NCBI GenBank assembly: GCA_002633005.1 | Contig: NMRA01000501.1 | Location: 160,886-224,885 of the forward strand | From: Phoronis australis | Taxonomy: Eukaryota > Animalia > Phoronida | DNA length: 64,000 bases | Direction: 5' to 3' | Part shown: positions 46,870 to 59,708 of the stretch, piece by piece | Layout: every line of letters starts with the position of its first letter | Position numbering within the stretch: the stretch's first letter is position 1 | Notes under the pieces: generated by a model | Told to the model about the DNA's origin: nothing | The model's database searches: none | The model's input: only the letters and a program-made list of their open reading frames with translations | Made by a program: the position numbers and the translations under genes

Positions 46870-49761
46870 AATTTCCCAGAAACACTGCAAGGATAGAAAT
46901 TCCCTAAAACTGGTTGTAATTGTCTACTTCAAGTTGTATCAACCAAGAACACGTATACACGTTTTAGAAAATGGAAAAAAGGTGTTGGCCTGTATTTATT
47001 TCTTCATGATTGCGCCGTCACAAATAAATCTGTGTAACTGTTGGTCAAACCTCAGTGATACTCTTCGTGTTTATCCTAAGTGGAAAACTAATTGCGTACA
47101 TTTTGACACTCTATTGTCTCAAAATTTAAACCATTGTATCATACAACCTGTGTCAAAATACAGCAGTGATTGGGTGGATTCAGAATTTTTTAACAAAGTA
47201 GGCACAATGTTAATCTTTATACCAATATACCCCCTTGGATCTGCCCATCATGCATGGAATCGCAAATTTTTCCATCAATAACATTTAGAATGACAAGGGT
47301 AACAAAAACTTTTAACCTCAGAAACAACACATTGAGATGCCATTCCAAACAGGTTCCAATTTATTCCAAATATCATAATGGTATTGCATACTAAAAACTC
47401 ACACCCAACAAAAACAAAACTGCCATTAAGAGGCGCCACAGTAATCGGCCGTCCAAAAGTCGTTGGTATATGCCCTCTTCCAGTGAGAAGATATCTGTCA
47501 ATTAACATAATTATCTTAAGAGTGGCTAGGCCAACAGAGAAGGCGATGCCAAAACCAACTAAAGAATAACAACAGCCACTCACAACCAGTTACCATGGCG
47601 TGTACAAACAACACATTGTTCGCATGTTCTTTAAAACTTCATGTACTCAAAAAACTTTGTCTGCAACAGCTCAGTAAGTAACAAAGCTTTTAGGAAATGT
47701 GCTTCAAGAAAAAAATGCCAGTCTGCTAAGGCTATTTTTGCACAATTTTGCTGTTCTTCCTTTAAGCTAATCTGACAGCTTGTAGACAATGGACTAAGGT
47801 AACATAACAGACACAGTAACAAGCTAAGTCCATTTCCTGTTGATGAATCCATTCGAGCTGGCCACTGCTGAAGAACATGGTTTGCTAATGTCGACTTCAG
47901 GGTTCAACTCATTTCATGTTTTTTACTTTGGCAAGTTAATACTAAAAACTTGACACATATTTATAGGGACTAAATGAGCTGAACAATTGTTTCTGCTATT
48001 AAATCTCCCCTGCAATGTTGTTTTATTTTAATTATATTTTCAGTTCAAAACACAGTTGCACAGGGCTTCGAAGGTATGATTATATGCGAACTAAGAAAAA
48101 TACAAATAATTATTTTTTCATTTAAAAAATCATCAACGACCATCCACTCCTTTTCAGAAATTTTGGCCAGGAATTCAAACAAATTCCATCATTGAAAGCT
48201 CAAAAGGCCAAAAATTACATAATTGGTCCTAAGTGTCCGGTCATTTTGAAAACTGCAGTTAAATGCTACACAATACACGGGCACGACGCCCCACTATCGT
48301 CCATCAGCAAGATGGCGGACCACTTCGCACAACGAAAACCACGTGATGTCAACTCTAGTTATATTTATCTCATTGGTTCAAATCTCTATCTAATGTGGTA
48401 GTTTGGCAAAAATCCAAAAAATTTTCGAGAAAATTGAAAATTTGCCGTTTTTTTTGAAATTGAAAGTCAAATAACTCGAAAACGGTAAGTCTGAGAAATA
48501 CGCTCTCGCAGACTTTTTGAAAGGCCATACTTCAAGNTTGTCACCTCTGTGGTCACAGGTGATTTGTCAACCGTTGGAGAGAAATTTTCAATCACAAAGG
48601 GGATTTTTAGGCCTCATGGCCGGGAATTTCGCGTGATTTTTCAATATTTTTGAGAGGGGAATGGGGCCGATATTTGGTCCCAAAATTGAGAGATTGAGGG
48701 CCCTGTCCTTTTTGTGTAGAAAAATGCATCGCACTTCAACCCATAGTCATGAAAACACAGCCTGCTGGCCGGAGATCCGGTCCTCGTTGCTATATAGTGG
48801 CGCCGGGCATCCACTGAGTCCGAGATGCGACAAATTATGATTCGAAAACAGTTATAAATTTTACACGGACATATTTTCCTTCGTCGCGGCGTATGGCAAG
48901 GACCCAACGCTTTCGAACCCCAACGTCCTTAGGGATTGTAAAACAGAGTGTCCGCATTTTTTCTAGCTGTTCGAGCAATGCGGAGTACAACTACGCGAAT
49001 AAGCCACCAGACCTATCGTAGCGAGCCTCGTTTTGGAACGCGCCTCCTGTCGGCGTGAATAGGGTCTATTCTCCACCCCCAATAATTTATACGTGCGCAT
49101 GCGTTCAAACAAGATGTCTAGCTGCTGCTAGATTTCGCCATTGCTTTGTTTGTATCAAAGGTCAAATGTTACATTTTTCATATAAGGGAAATGTGCTACT
49201 TCTACGTCATGCCGTAACAAATAAGTGGAGGTGCTTTGCCGCACAGGAGAAAAATCAACGAAGAGACGAGCAGTTGAGAAATAGTTTTTTTTTAATGTTG
49301 AAACTAAAGAAAAAATGCTTTGACAACAACAGAAATTTAAAATCTTTACGAACAAACGGTGAAAATTGCTGGTGGACACTTTGACTTCAGTTTCAGTGGC
49401 AGAAAATCACCTCAGTGGCAGAGAATTACTTTGAACGATGCAGTTGAATATGTTTTAAACGTTCTATGCCATTTTATGACAGTATTTTACACATGTGGCA
49501 TATTACACATGTACTTTGCTTCGAGAGGCATCTAGATTCCAAGTTCACCCACGGCAGCTGAGCAAGAATCTCCCAGTCCAAGAGCAAGTTTACAACATTT
49601 AGCAAAGGCACTTTCAAGACAGTCATGATCTTGAAATCCTCAGATTTCAGCATCGTTACTAGTTGAGAGGAAATATTGTGGTCATTTTTTTGCTGGTCTA
49701 GTAACTCGTTACACCACTGCGTGCACAGAAGCACGGACTGCAACTATTTTGGTGTTATACT

Positions 49762-50039
49762 CATGCGCGAACCCAGCCAAAAATATGGGGGCTCGAATTT
49801 CTCGGTACGGGGACCTTTTACTGCGAGGACTAAAAAAACGGAGCCACTAGGTTCAGGCTTACGAATTGTGCATCTGCGCCGATTTTCTGTGTTCTTTGTG
49901 GACTTTTGTGTCGTTTACTCGGACTTTTGTTTCACTGAGGCGGACTTTTTGTCCGATTAGCCAAATTGAGGTCTCATTCGGGTGGGCTCGGGGGGCTCCA
50001 ATGAGCCCCCCGAGCCCACCGCCCCCGGGTGCGCCCATG
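49762..50039 (+). mobile_element. MITE family B copy
   Basis: CATGCGCGAACCCAGCC...GGGTGCGCCCATG; flanks ATACT/ATACA. Confidence 0.7.
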
Positions 50040-50633
50040 ATACATGTACGCTCACAACATCTGCATCATCCTGTGAAAAAGTTGCTAATGTGACTTTCAA
50101 TTATTGCAACATTATGCGGACCACTCTTTAGATCCACTGCATAATATTTCAGGCGACAGGCAGTCGGGGTGCAGTCGCGAAATGATGAAAATTATTATGC
50201 AAAACATGAAAATGTGCATATGTTTTTTTCTTGACAGACTGAAAAACTGTTTTCAATTTTTTGCTCCGATTAAAAACTGTTTACAGGCTTTGGAAGAGCT
50301 GACAGGTAGTTATTGCTTCAATCCAAGCTCATAGCGTTGTTTGCTTCGGCGGGTAAGTTTCAGAGGACGAGTTTCGTGCATATATTCAGCTTCAGCAAAA
50401 GATGCCATTGCTTTAGATAGACAATACACTTGCAAAGCAAGTTTAATGCAGCTTTCTTCGCAAGTGTACACCAGAAAATATTTTTATGGTAATTAAGCCA
50501 CTTATGGGTAAAGTCTGTCTCATTTTTTTCTTTCTCATAGTGAAAAAGGGTTTCATGGCTTGGGAAGAACCGACCACGCCAACTAAGTTGCTTGTCACAA
50601 CGGCCTTGTTCATGAAAAGAATGCTACATTGAC

Positions 50634-51006
50634 ACCCTAACCGGTCAAGATTGCGCACCTCAGAATCTGCCGGTTCAGATCAAAAACACCATGCTGTGTT
50701 CGTTAATTAAATCGCCTCAGGTTGCTGATGTTATCGTTCTCTAGGTAATTAGACCGTAATAAAACATTGCGGTCGACAACAGTGTTTTTTTTTTTAATAG
50801 ATCGTGAAAAGCACACGTGATTAGCTTTTTAATTTTGAAAATTGGACAAGAAATGTGACTTTTAGAACCTAAAACGTTTAATTTTGCAATAATATGTTCC
50901 TCATTAATTCTGCTCGGTGTGCATCATAATTGGGCACCTAACCAAACCACCAGGCAGCAGTTGGATTTTGAGGTAAGCTAAGTGTCATCGTGCAATTTTT
51001 GACATG
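50634..51006 (+). repeat. Dispersed repeat; copy of 8398-8816
   Basis: Colinear similarity to 8398-8816. Confidence 0.8.
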
Positions 51007-54000
51007 TCCAGTACAGTTGGCAAGGCAATGTGGCTGTTTTTTTAGTGTAACCAGGTTCAGTTCAAACAAAAGTTATGAACACTAGGACGTTGTATCGGAA
51101 GAGCAAATACACATTCGTCTTTGAAAGGAGTTGTGTTTTTAACACCAGAGCATGGATTGTACCAACAACACAGATCATTTAATTCCTATGAATCCAAGAC
51201 ACTTTGTTTCGACCTCAAACAATTAATTTGGAGTTATACGGGGAAGGGTTCTACTCAAATTATAACATTTTTCACTTCCGAAAATGCCTATCGACAGAAC
51301 TGCGAAAGTAGTGTGATAGTACAGCGATTGTTAAAAAGCTAGTCTGGGACGACCTTTACTCTCTGAGATGGTTAAAATACGTGAGGGACAATTGAACCTA
51401 CAGGTATGACAAATCGATTAAATGGTTTCGGGTAATACTGCCAATATTAAAGATTGTTTTCCGGTCATCTGCCTTACTGGATAAATAAGACGATATTGAT
51501 CGACGTTTTCAGGAAACGTCCATAGCATGTGTATGCATTAATGTACACATTGTCGAGTGCAGTTTTGAAACCAAAGCATAAACTTTTAAAAGACCGACTT
51601 CAAGAAGCAAATCCATACGACAGAAATGTACATGCCAATTCTTTTTCCAACAGGACAAATAATGGACACGAATAATGAGCTCAGCAAACAAAACGTATTA
51701 TGCAAAAGCCTCTAAATGTGTTTGTCGAAGCAAAATAACAACTGAGGTTCACTGAAAATCAATGGGTAAACGCATGCTTGTACACAAGCTACTGCTATTA
51801 AATATAAAGCATCGGTTATTTGTTTGAACAAAAATGTTTAAACATGTGTAGATAGGTAAAGTACTCAATATACCGCTTCTTACTTGCCATCTAGTTGACA
51901 ACACTCAAAGTCACTTTGATAGCGTCACGTGTACGAAGAAATCAAATCTGGAGCGTCTCCTCAATGAAATCTAGGATCGGCCAAAAACATACATGTAGGT
52001 GGTTCTAGTCTCTGTTTTTTGAAACTGAGTCGGTGGTGCGGTACACTTTAATTAGTTGCTCACACTTTCAAAAATGAAATCAACTTGAAAGAGCAAAACT
52101 GATGCGGTACTTGTCTCGTGCTTTTACTCGTCCTTGACAAATCATGGGTTTCCAAACCTTCTTTACTCTTGCCCCCGTGCATCTCGAAAAACACCAGGGG
52201 GCGTTATGTACTCAAGCAGTAAATAATAGACACTTATCCTAATTAAGTCACTCTACCTTGATAGCTCCTTAACGACTTGAGATAAATTTCTGAAAATTCA
52301 CTTAAGTCATTCTCCAGTTCGCAAATTTTAAATCTTACGGATTAAAAAAGCACATTAAGAGGTCAAATTTCCAAAATTATATTTCTCACGCAGTTTCAAA
52401 GAGCTACTTTTGAGTTTCAGAGCACAAGGTGTAAAACAACATACTCATCACAGATAAATCTTTCCTTAGAAACTCAGTCACCCTTTCAATTTTCTTATGG
52501 TAAAGGCCACTTACGAGTAACATAAATAAAACTTAGACCTAAACATTTTTTTAAAAATATAAGAATACGATTTGCACAAATTTTGAGGTCAACCAGTGCA
52601 TTTATCATGTAATTGCGTGCGTGTTTCCTCTGACAGTTTGATTTCCCCTTCCTCTGACATTCTACTGCGTCACCAATGGGAAGTTTGTTATACTCAAAGT
52701 TAGCTACATCCTGAGAAGTGGACTGTCTGTTTGTTTTAAAGGTACATGTAGCTGTGCTTTGTGTTTTTGCGTGGATGGAGAGAGAATGATTAAATCCAGT
52801 AATAAATTTATATATTAAAGTCCTTCTCTCACGCGTTGTTAACCCTTATTACATGGTTAGAAGATGTTATAAGGATCCAAGAAGTACCTACCCCATATCT
52901 AATACACGATCCGTACTCGAAAACAGTTTAAACGAACGCGCCACTCACGATTCGCACCCGAAGAAACACCGCCATTTTGAACTTGCCGCGAACCCGGAAG
53001 TACAATTCATTCAGGAACCCAGGCCGAGAAAACGCCGTCAGTGCGACTCGAGCAGTGCCTGTACTGTTACCAGCCAGCAAACGGGGATAAAATGATCGAT
53101 AGCGCGCCTTAATTTTAATAAAATCAAACTACAGACAATTTTATCGAATTTGCTGAAGAAATGTGGCGAATAAATTTTGACAGAAATTATTTTGCCAGAC
53201 TCAGGACCGCAGCTTATCGGACCCGGTGCGGATCGAGACCAGACACTGGCGAACGGTAAATGCATGCGGTTGCAAGCTGTTTTGTCGAAGTAAAATGGTC
53301 AAATGATAAATGCTGCATATATTCAAGGGTAGTTTCAGACACTTGCATGAAATTACGGGCTGGTTAGTCCTGTGTCACACTGCCGCGGCAGACCTTAGTT
53401 AGCCTCAGTCACCAGCTACCAGTGAAGACTATAGTCAAAATACAGCTTGTTAGTAGGCCTATACAGCTTTGCGCCAAGACTACCCTTAGGCCTAACTGGT
53501 CGCTGGCCACAAACACAAAAAACACGAAAATTGAACAAAGTTTCTTTTTTGTAGCAACGTTTGTCAAAATGTATCAACGTTAAATCTTCACAAATTACAA
53601 AGTAGCCGATTGAACATGCCTTTCAGTTCAGCAAAAGTCGACATTGTAGGTGCCGCCAGAAATGAGACGAAGTCCAACGGGAATTGTGAGCACATTTATC
53701 ACTTAATGAGTAACAACTGCGAGGCTGAAATTTGGTGAACACTGCTAAATCGTGCAGAATAGTAAGTAAAGATATGTCTAACTAAATTTCACCGTAATTT
53801 GTTGGCGAAAACAATTTACACAAAGTTTTAAACTCGTAACTCATCCCGCTGTCCTCCAATATTGCCGACGCGATCCAAACAAAGTGACCCAAATTTCGTC
53901 ACAAAACTTGCAATAACTTTACAGTGCTTGCCCCGATTTTGATACTTTTTCGATTTTTACTGAGAAGAATGTACTACCTTTCCGATGATAGCAAAGTACT

Positions 54001-54424
54001 TTTTCAAATCGAGGAAAAAAATAAAACTAAAAAAATAGGTTCGACCCATATTGGTTCCTAGGTTCGACCGGCCAACGTAAGGAACTAAACCCCAATGCTA
54101 TTTTAACATACTAAGTACTTGTAACATTCCAAAAAAATCAACGACCACAAACTACAAACTATAAATACACTACATATGCAAACTAATCACGATATATTAC
54201 TAATAAAACAATATAATGAAGACTTTTCGAGCAAGTCATAGCACATTCAGTTACAAGGAAAAAATGGCGGCGTTCAGGACAAGTTCCTGAACTGATGAGC
54301 CGGAAATGTGGGTACGGAAATAACCGATGACAACAGGTAATCATGCGCTCAAAGAAAAGGGTCAAATACGGTTGAAAAATCGCTTTTGGCAAGAAAGGCG
54401 AAACGAATGTAAAGAAAGGGTGTC

Positions 54425-57400
54425 GAAAATAAGATTTTATGTAGTAAGTATTTTCGGATACTGGAACCACATGGGCAGTTTGCAACAAGGACTTTAATCT
54501 CTAATTACTGCCAGTGAAATGTTGATTAAGTAACAACGCCAGCGCTCTCTGTACGGATTAACTCAATCAACTCACTATAAATAATCAAACATCTTATCTG
54601 CCATCAAAGCTCTGGGACTCATCTCAACTTTTTCGTTAACTTGTATTCTAGTGCGTTGGTTGGGCATATGATTTTGGCATCATGCACCTTTCATTCTACT
54701 ACTATGGTTCATGATGAACCTGAAAGAACCAATATGTGTAAGTATACTCAAATTTTCAAAATGTCTCTTACAATTTAGGATGATCACTTTTATAATTCAG
54801 GTCAAGGTGAAAGGTAATCATGAATTTTTTTATTATTTCGCGGAAGTCGTGCGAAGTTGTTACCGAAACAAAGAATGACAGTTCAAAACCAGTTCGCAAT
54901 TACTGTAAACTGAATAATTAACATTCACAGATGGTATTGAATAAAAATTCTAACTAATTTCTTGAAAATTTTGAAGTAGCAATCGTGAGAGACTAAACAA
55001 AAATAGACAAGTACCTCGACCGACCAATTTGCCCGTGACCGGGAAGTAACATCAACACATTAGCTTAACATGTGCGCAGGTCCATGGGAATCTCGAGGGA
55101 CTCAAACACCCCTCGTTTGGCAAAGTGGGCAAAAAAGAACGCCTCAGATAAACAACAACTTCCGAAAAAAGAAGAAAACGAGACAAAAGTCCACTAAAAA
55201 GCAGGAACTACTAAAATTCGGCGAATACACAATTCATAGCTCTCAACGTACCCCGTGAATCCACGTAAAAGGTCCACATATTCAAAAGTTCGATCCCCCA
55301 TACGTTAGGCTGGGTGCGTGCATGCTTACTCTACATAACTAACACATGAAAAACATTTCAAATGCAAGCTTTAAGATCATTTGGTGCACACAGAAGTGGA
55401 ATCTTTCCTAATCATTCAAGTTGTATTCCATCGGGTCAACAATTAAACGTCTGTTGTTCTCAGCAGTCCACACGTTATTTAATCACCGTCATCTCTTTGA
55501 TTGTAATAACTCCAAATGTTACAACGTAGATACACGTACACTTATAATTATCATCATTACAATGACATTCTCACTACCATGAATGCGCCATCACCATCGC
55601 CGTCACGAGCATGCATAAAATTGCTACTGACTCATTGGCTGGGACATTCTAGCTAAAGCTTTGAAGTGTTTACACTGTATGGTCACAAAATCTAAAAGGT
55701 TATCAATGCCAAATTGTCGCTTTATAACAAAGCAATTGAAAACATCTGGATCACTAGTCGAAACATACTTGTTTTAATACTAAGTTACTGGCCAATGTTC
55801 TAATCAGATTTGAGAACGAAGCATGATTGCTTACTGCTTTTTCACATGTATCTTTGGCAAGCAGTTGACGTTCCGTGGGTACTCCTCTTCTGACACAATC
55901 ACCCTGGGATCTCGCTCTCTCACAACGCCACTTTTGAAGGAGAGAGGCATGACTCTGTGGAAGGATTATGATTGACACTCAGGAATTCATGTCTGGGCAT
56001 AAGTGCTCATGCCTCGGTATAGTCCAGGACTTACTGTAGTCGGATNGAAAATAAGATTTTATGTAGTAAGTATTTTCGGATACTGGAACCACATGGGCAG
56101 TTTGCAACAAGGACTTTAATCTATAATTACTGCCAGTGAAATGTTGATTAAGTAGCAACGCCAGCGCTCTCTGTACGGATTAACTCAATCAATTCACTAT
56201 AAATAATCAAACATCTTATCTGCCATCAAAGCTCTGGGACTCATCTCAACTTTTTCGTTAACTTGTATTCTAGTGCGTTGGTTGGGCATATGATTTTGGC
56301 ATCATGTACCTTTCATTCTACTACTATGGTTCATGATGAACCTGAAAGAACCAATATGTGTAAGTATACTCAAATTTTCAAAATGTCTCTTACAATTTAG
56401 GATGATCACTTTTATAATTCAGGTCAAGGTGAAAGGTAATCATGAAATTTTTTATTATTTCGCGGAAGTCGTGCGAAGTTGTTACCGAAACAAAGAATGA
56501 CAGTTCAAAACCAGTTCGCAATTACTGTAAACTGAATAATTAACATTCACAGATGGTATGGAAAAAAAATTCTAACCAATTTCTTGAAAATTTTGAAGTA
56601 GCAATCGTGAGAGACTAAACAAAAATAGACAAGTACCTCGACCGACCAATTTGTCCGTGACCGGGAAGTAACATCAACACATTAGCTTAACATGTGCGCA
56701 GGTCCATGGGAATCTCGAGGGACTCAAACACCCCTCGTTTGGCAAAGTGGGCAAAAAAAGAACGCCTCAGATAAACAACAACTTCCGAAAAAAGAAGAAA
56801 ACGAGACAAAAGTCCACTAAAAAGCAGGAACTACTAAAATTCGGCGAATACACAATTCATAGCTCTCAACGTACCCCGTGAATCCACGTAAAAGGTCCAC
56901 ATTCTCAAAAGTTCGATCCCCCATACGTTAGGCTGGGTGCGTGCATGCTTACTCTACATAACTAACACATGTAAAACATTTCAAATGCAAACTTTAAGAT
57001 CATTTGGTGCACACATAAGTGGAATCTTTCCTAATCATTCAAGTTGTATTCCATCGGGTCAACAATTAAACGTCTGTTGTTCTCAGCACTGCACAGGTTA
57101 TTTAATCACCGTCATCTCTTTGATTGTAATAACTCCAAATGTTACAACGTAGATACACGTACACTTATAATTATTATCATTACAATGACATTCTCACTAC
57201 CATGAATGCGCCATCACCATCGCCGTCACGAGCACGCGCAAAATTGCTACTTACTCATTGGCTGTGACATTCTAGCTTAAGCTTTGAAGTGTTTACACTG
57301 TATGGTCACAAAATCTAAAAGGTTATCAATGCCAAATTGTCGCTTTATAACAAAGCAACTGAAAACATCTGCATCACTAGTCGAAATACACTTGTGTTAA

Positions 57401-57675
57401 TACTAAGTTACTGGCCAATGTTCTAACCAGATTTGAGAACGAAGCATGGTTGCATACTGCTTTTTCACATGTACATGTATCTGTGGCAAGCAGGCGACGT
57501 TCCGTGGGTACTCCTCTTCTGACACAATCACCCTGTGATCTCGCTCTCACACACACGCCACTTTTGAAGGAGAGGGGCATGACTCTGTGAAAGGATTATG
57601 ATTGACACTCAGGTATTCATGTCTGGGCATAAGTGCTCATGCCTCGGTATAGTCCAGGACTTACTGTAGTCGGAT
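54425..57675 (+). repeat. Tandem duplication of about 1.62 kb (54425-56045 and 56047-57675), probably uncollapsed haplotypes
   Basis: Two nearly identical copies with scattered SNPs and indels, joined by a single N at 56046. Each contains a family B MITE. Confidence 0.9.
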
Positions 57676-59387
57676 TGCTTGGTTGTTTTATTTGACGCCT
57701 TGTTATCTTGAGAGTGTCCCAAAACAGGTACATGAGTTGAATATTGTTTCGATTTACATGTATTCAGCTCATGTCTTTGCAGCAGCAACATGCCATAGAT
57801 GTAGATAGAGCATTCCTATACATTTTTCAATCAATCGAAATGTCGAATGCTGATTTCAAACCTATCGGATTTTCCGAATGTTCCTTTAATCTGCTACGCA
57901 AGGAGATGCCACATATGTAGTCTTTTCACTGCGGTATCTCTTGCTGCAATGCCATTAGTAAAGAGTCTCTGAGAGTACTTGCCCTCATCTAAGATCTTGA
58001 TCGTTCCGTGATGTTTGTGTCTGCACTCGACCGAATGCCTGTTCCAAGCTCTGTCAACATCAGTGATTGTGTAAAACAAATTTGCCGTTTTACCAGCTGT
58101 ATTTCTAGCAACGATGTCTTCTAGTTACGTGACTTAAAAAGACACCTCACTCATACTTTAAGTGGTAACGATATCAAGGCTAACCTCGGTATCAAAATAC
58201 TTAAATCTGTGGAACAGGACAATATTCTGCAGACACCTTGGTAAATCACTGAAAGTGCGATTCAATGACAACTCCTCTCAAAGTACTTATTCGACAAGTG
58301 TGACCAACGCTTCTGGGACTTCATGGACGACGGAGGTGGAGGCCAGGCGCTTGGAACCATCAAGTACATTTTGTGACACTGTGAGGCGTGAGTTTGCGGT
58401 AATTATCTTTCCAAGGATGTATTAATTACACAATGACAGATGGCGGAGAAAAGTTTGTCAACAATTACCAAAGCAAGGTTTAGCTCTGATTCTTTCAAAC
58501 AGCTACAGTAGGTGGCACCGTACAGTCAGACAGTAGCCGCTGTTAATTTGCACAGCCTAGAAATTAATTATTTGGGTTCTGTGGCAATTTTGAGGTAGGC
58601 AAATATAGTAGGTTCAGTGAATCTAAATTTCTTGCATTTGCGAACATGTTGGAACTGAAGAAATTCCATTAGGTCAGATGCAGATAGACTTTTCTTCAAG
58701 ATGGCGGTCCCCTACATGTATATAATTGTTCCATATCCTCCCATATTTGCGTAGTTACTCAGAAAATCCCTTTGCGATTTCATGTATAGTCTTCAAACAA
58801 TCCAGAATTGCAAAAGGTCCAGTTGTGTTGCAATACTTTTGGGCCACGTTTTTGGAATACGTAGGAAATTTGCTTTCAGAATCTTGTATTGCGTTATGTC
58901 TAGTAATGGCAAGTGAGTGGTGGTTTTGGTCTGCTGCGTTTTTGCCACCATTTCCAGAACCTCACTACATTTTTCTCTGGAAGTAAAAGGACCAAAAATA
59001 AGAGGTAGAGTTTTTGTGGCACTGCCTCCTCATGTCAATATTCGACCCTCTATTTTTCTGGTCCTGTGAAGTACACTAATGTCAACTGGAGCTAATCTTT
59101 TGCCAACGTTTTACTACTTCATGTATGCATAATGCAGTATTGACTGAAGGCTGCGCTGGGGCTTTCCAACATCTTAAACCTAACAAAGCGGCAGAGTTTG
59201 CGATGTATAGTGTGATTATGTGGCCCCTAATAGGTCCAACGCTGCTGTTTCGTTACGCGAGCAATTGGCATAGTTTAAATGTACAAGACGATTTGTTTCA
59301 TAAACATTTTGATGATTTTATGACAACTGCTGTGCAAAGGTAACTTCCAGGACACCTGCAGCAAATGTATTTGAATATTGCGGTCTT

Positions 59388-59708
59388 CTACGCCATGTCT
59401 TTAGGACGTCGATAGCTTTTTTCGGATGAAGTCAGCTGTGACCTGCTGCTGTTCTGACGCAACGTTTTCACTGACTGTCTCACACGTTTCTGCTTCTGCA
59501 TTTTTAAATAGGATGCCTGCGCCAACTGAAATCCTTTGTGAATTGTAAGAAACACTGCACATAACGCTGCAACAAAACGCCAGGCGGAAGTCGTGTATAG
59601 TTCGGTAACCGATTCCTTCATGGAGTTCTTCCATTCAAAGAAAATGAAAAATAGACGTCGCTTCCGTTCTTCCCGAGATCGTCGGTCAACAAATTTGACC
59701 ACACTGTA
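59388..59708 (-). CDS. PACC1: PACC1 homologue last exon (TM2 and basic C-tail)
   Basis: Acceptor TTTATTTCACAG; YSVVKFVD...FFEWK...WRFVAALCAVFLTIHK; TAG stop. Confidence 0.88.
   Translation of the reverse strand, partial: YSVVKFVDRRSREERKRRLFFIFFEWKNSMKESVTELYTTSAWRFVAALCAVFLTIHKGFQLAQASYLKMQKQKRVRQSVKTLRQNSSRSQLTSSEKSYRRPKDMA

Larger units (their letters stand above)
45125..48376. repeat. Near-identical inverted repeat of about 610 bp (45125-45734 versus 47768-48376) around an N gap
   Basis: Direct reverse-complement comparison. The same ORF-track peptides appear on opposite strands (45049-45309 and 48192-48401; 45650 and 47852). Confidence 0.9.

Noticed and set aside
46930-47760. Cys-rich ORF fragments between the inverted arms
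   Set aside because: No recognisable domain or consistent splice structure; probably TE interior.
52839-54365. piggyBac-like element or housekeeping promoter (TTAACCCT end, YY1 and ETS motifs)
   Set aside because: No matching right TIR with TTAA, and no downstream exons found.
54425-57675. 1.6-kb tandem duplication as a real segmental duplication
   Set aside because: A single N sits at the exact junction and the divergence is allele-level, which points to uncollapsed haplotypes.
55750-58420. Decayed transposase on the minus strand
   Set aside because: Looks coding-like but has many stops and no motif I can assign.
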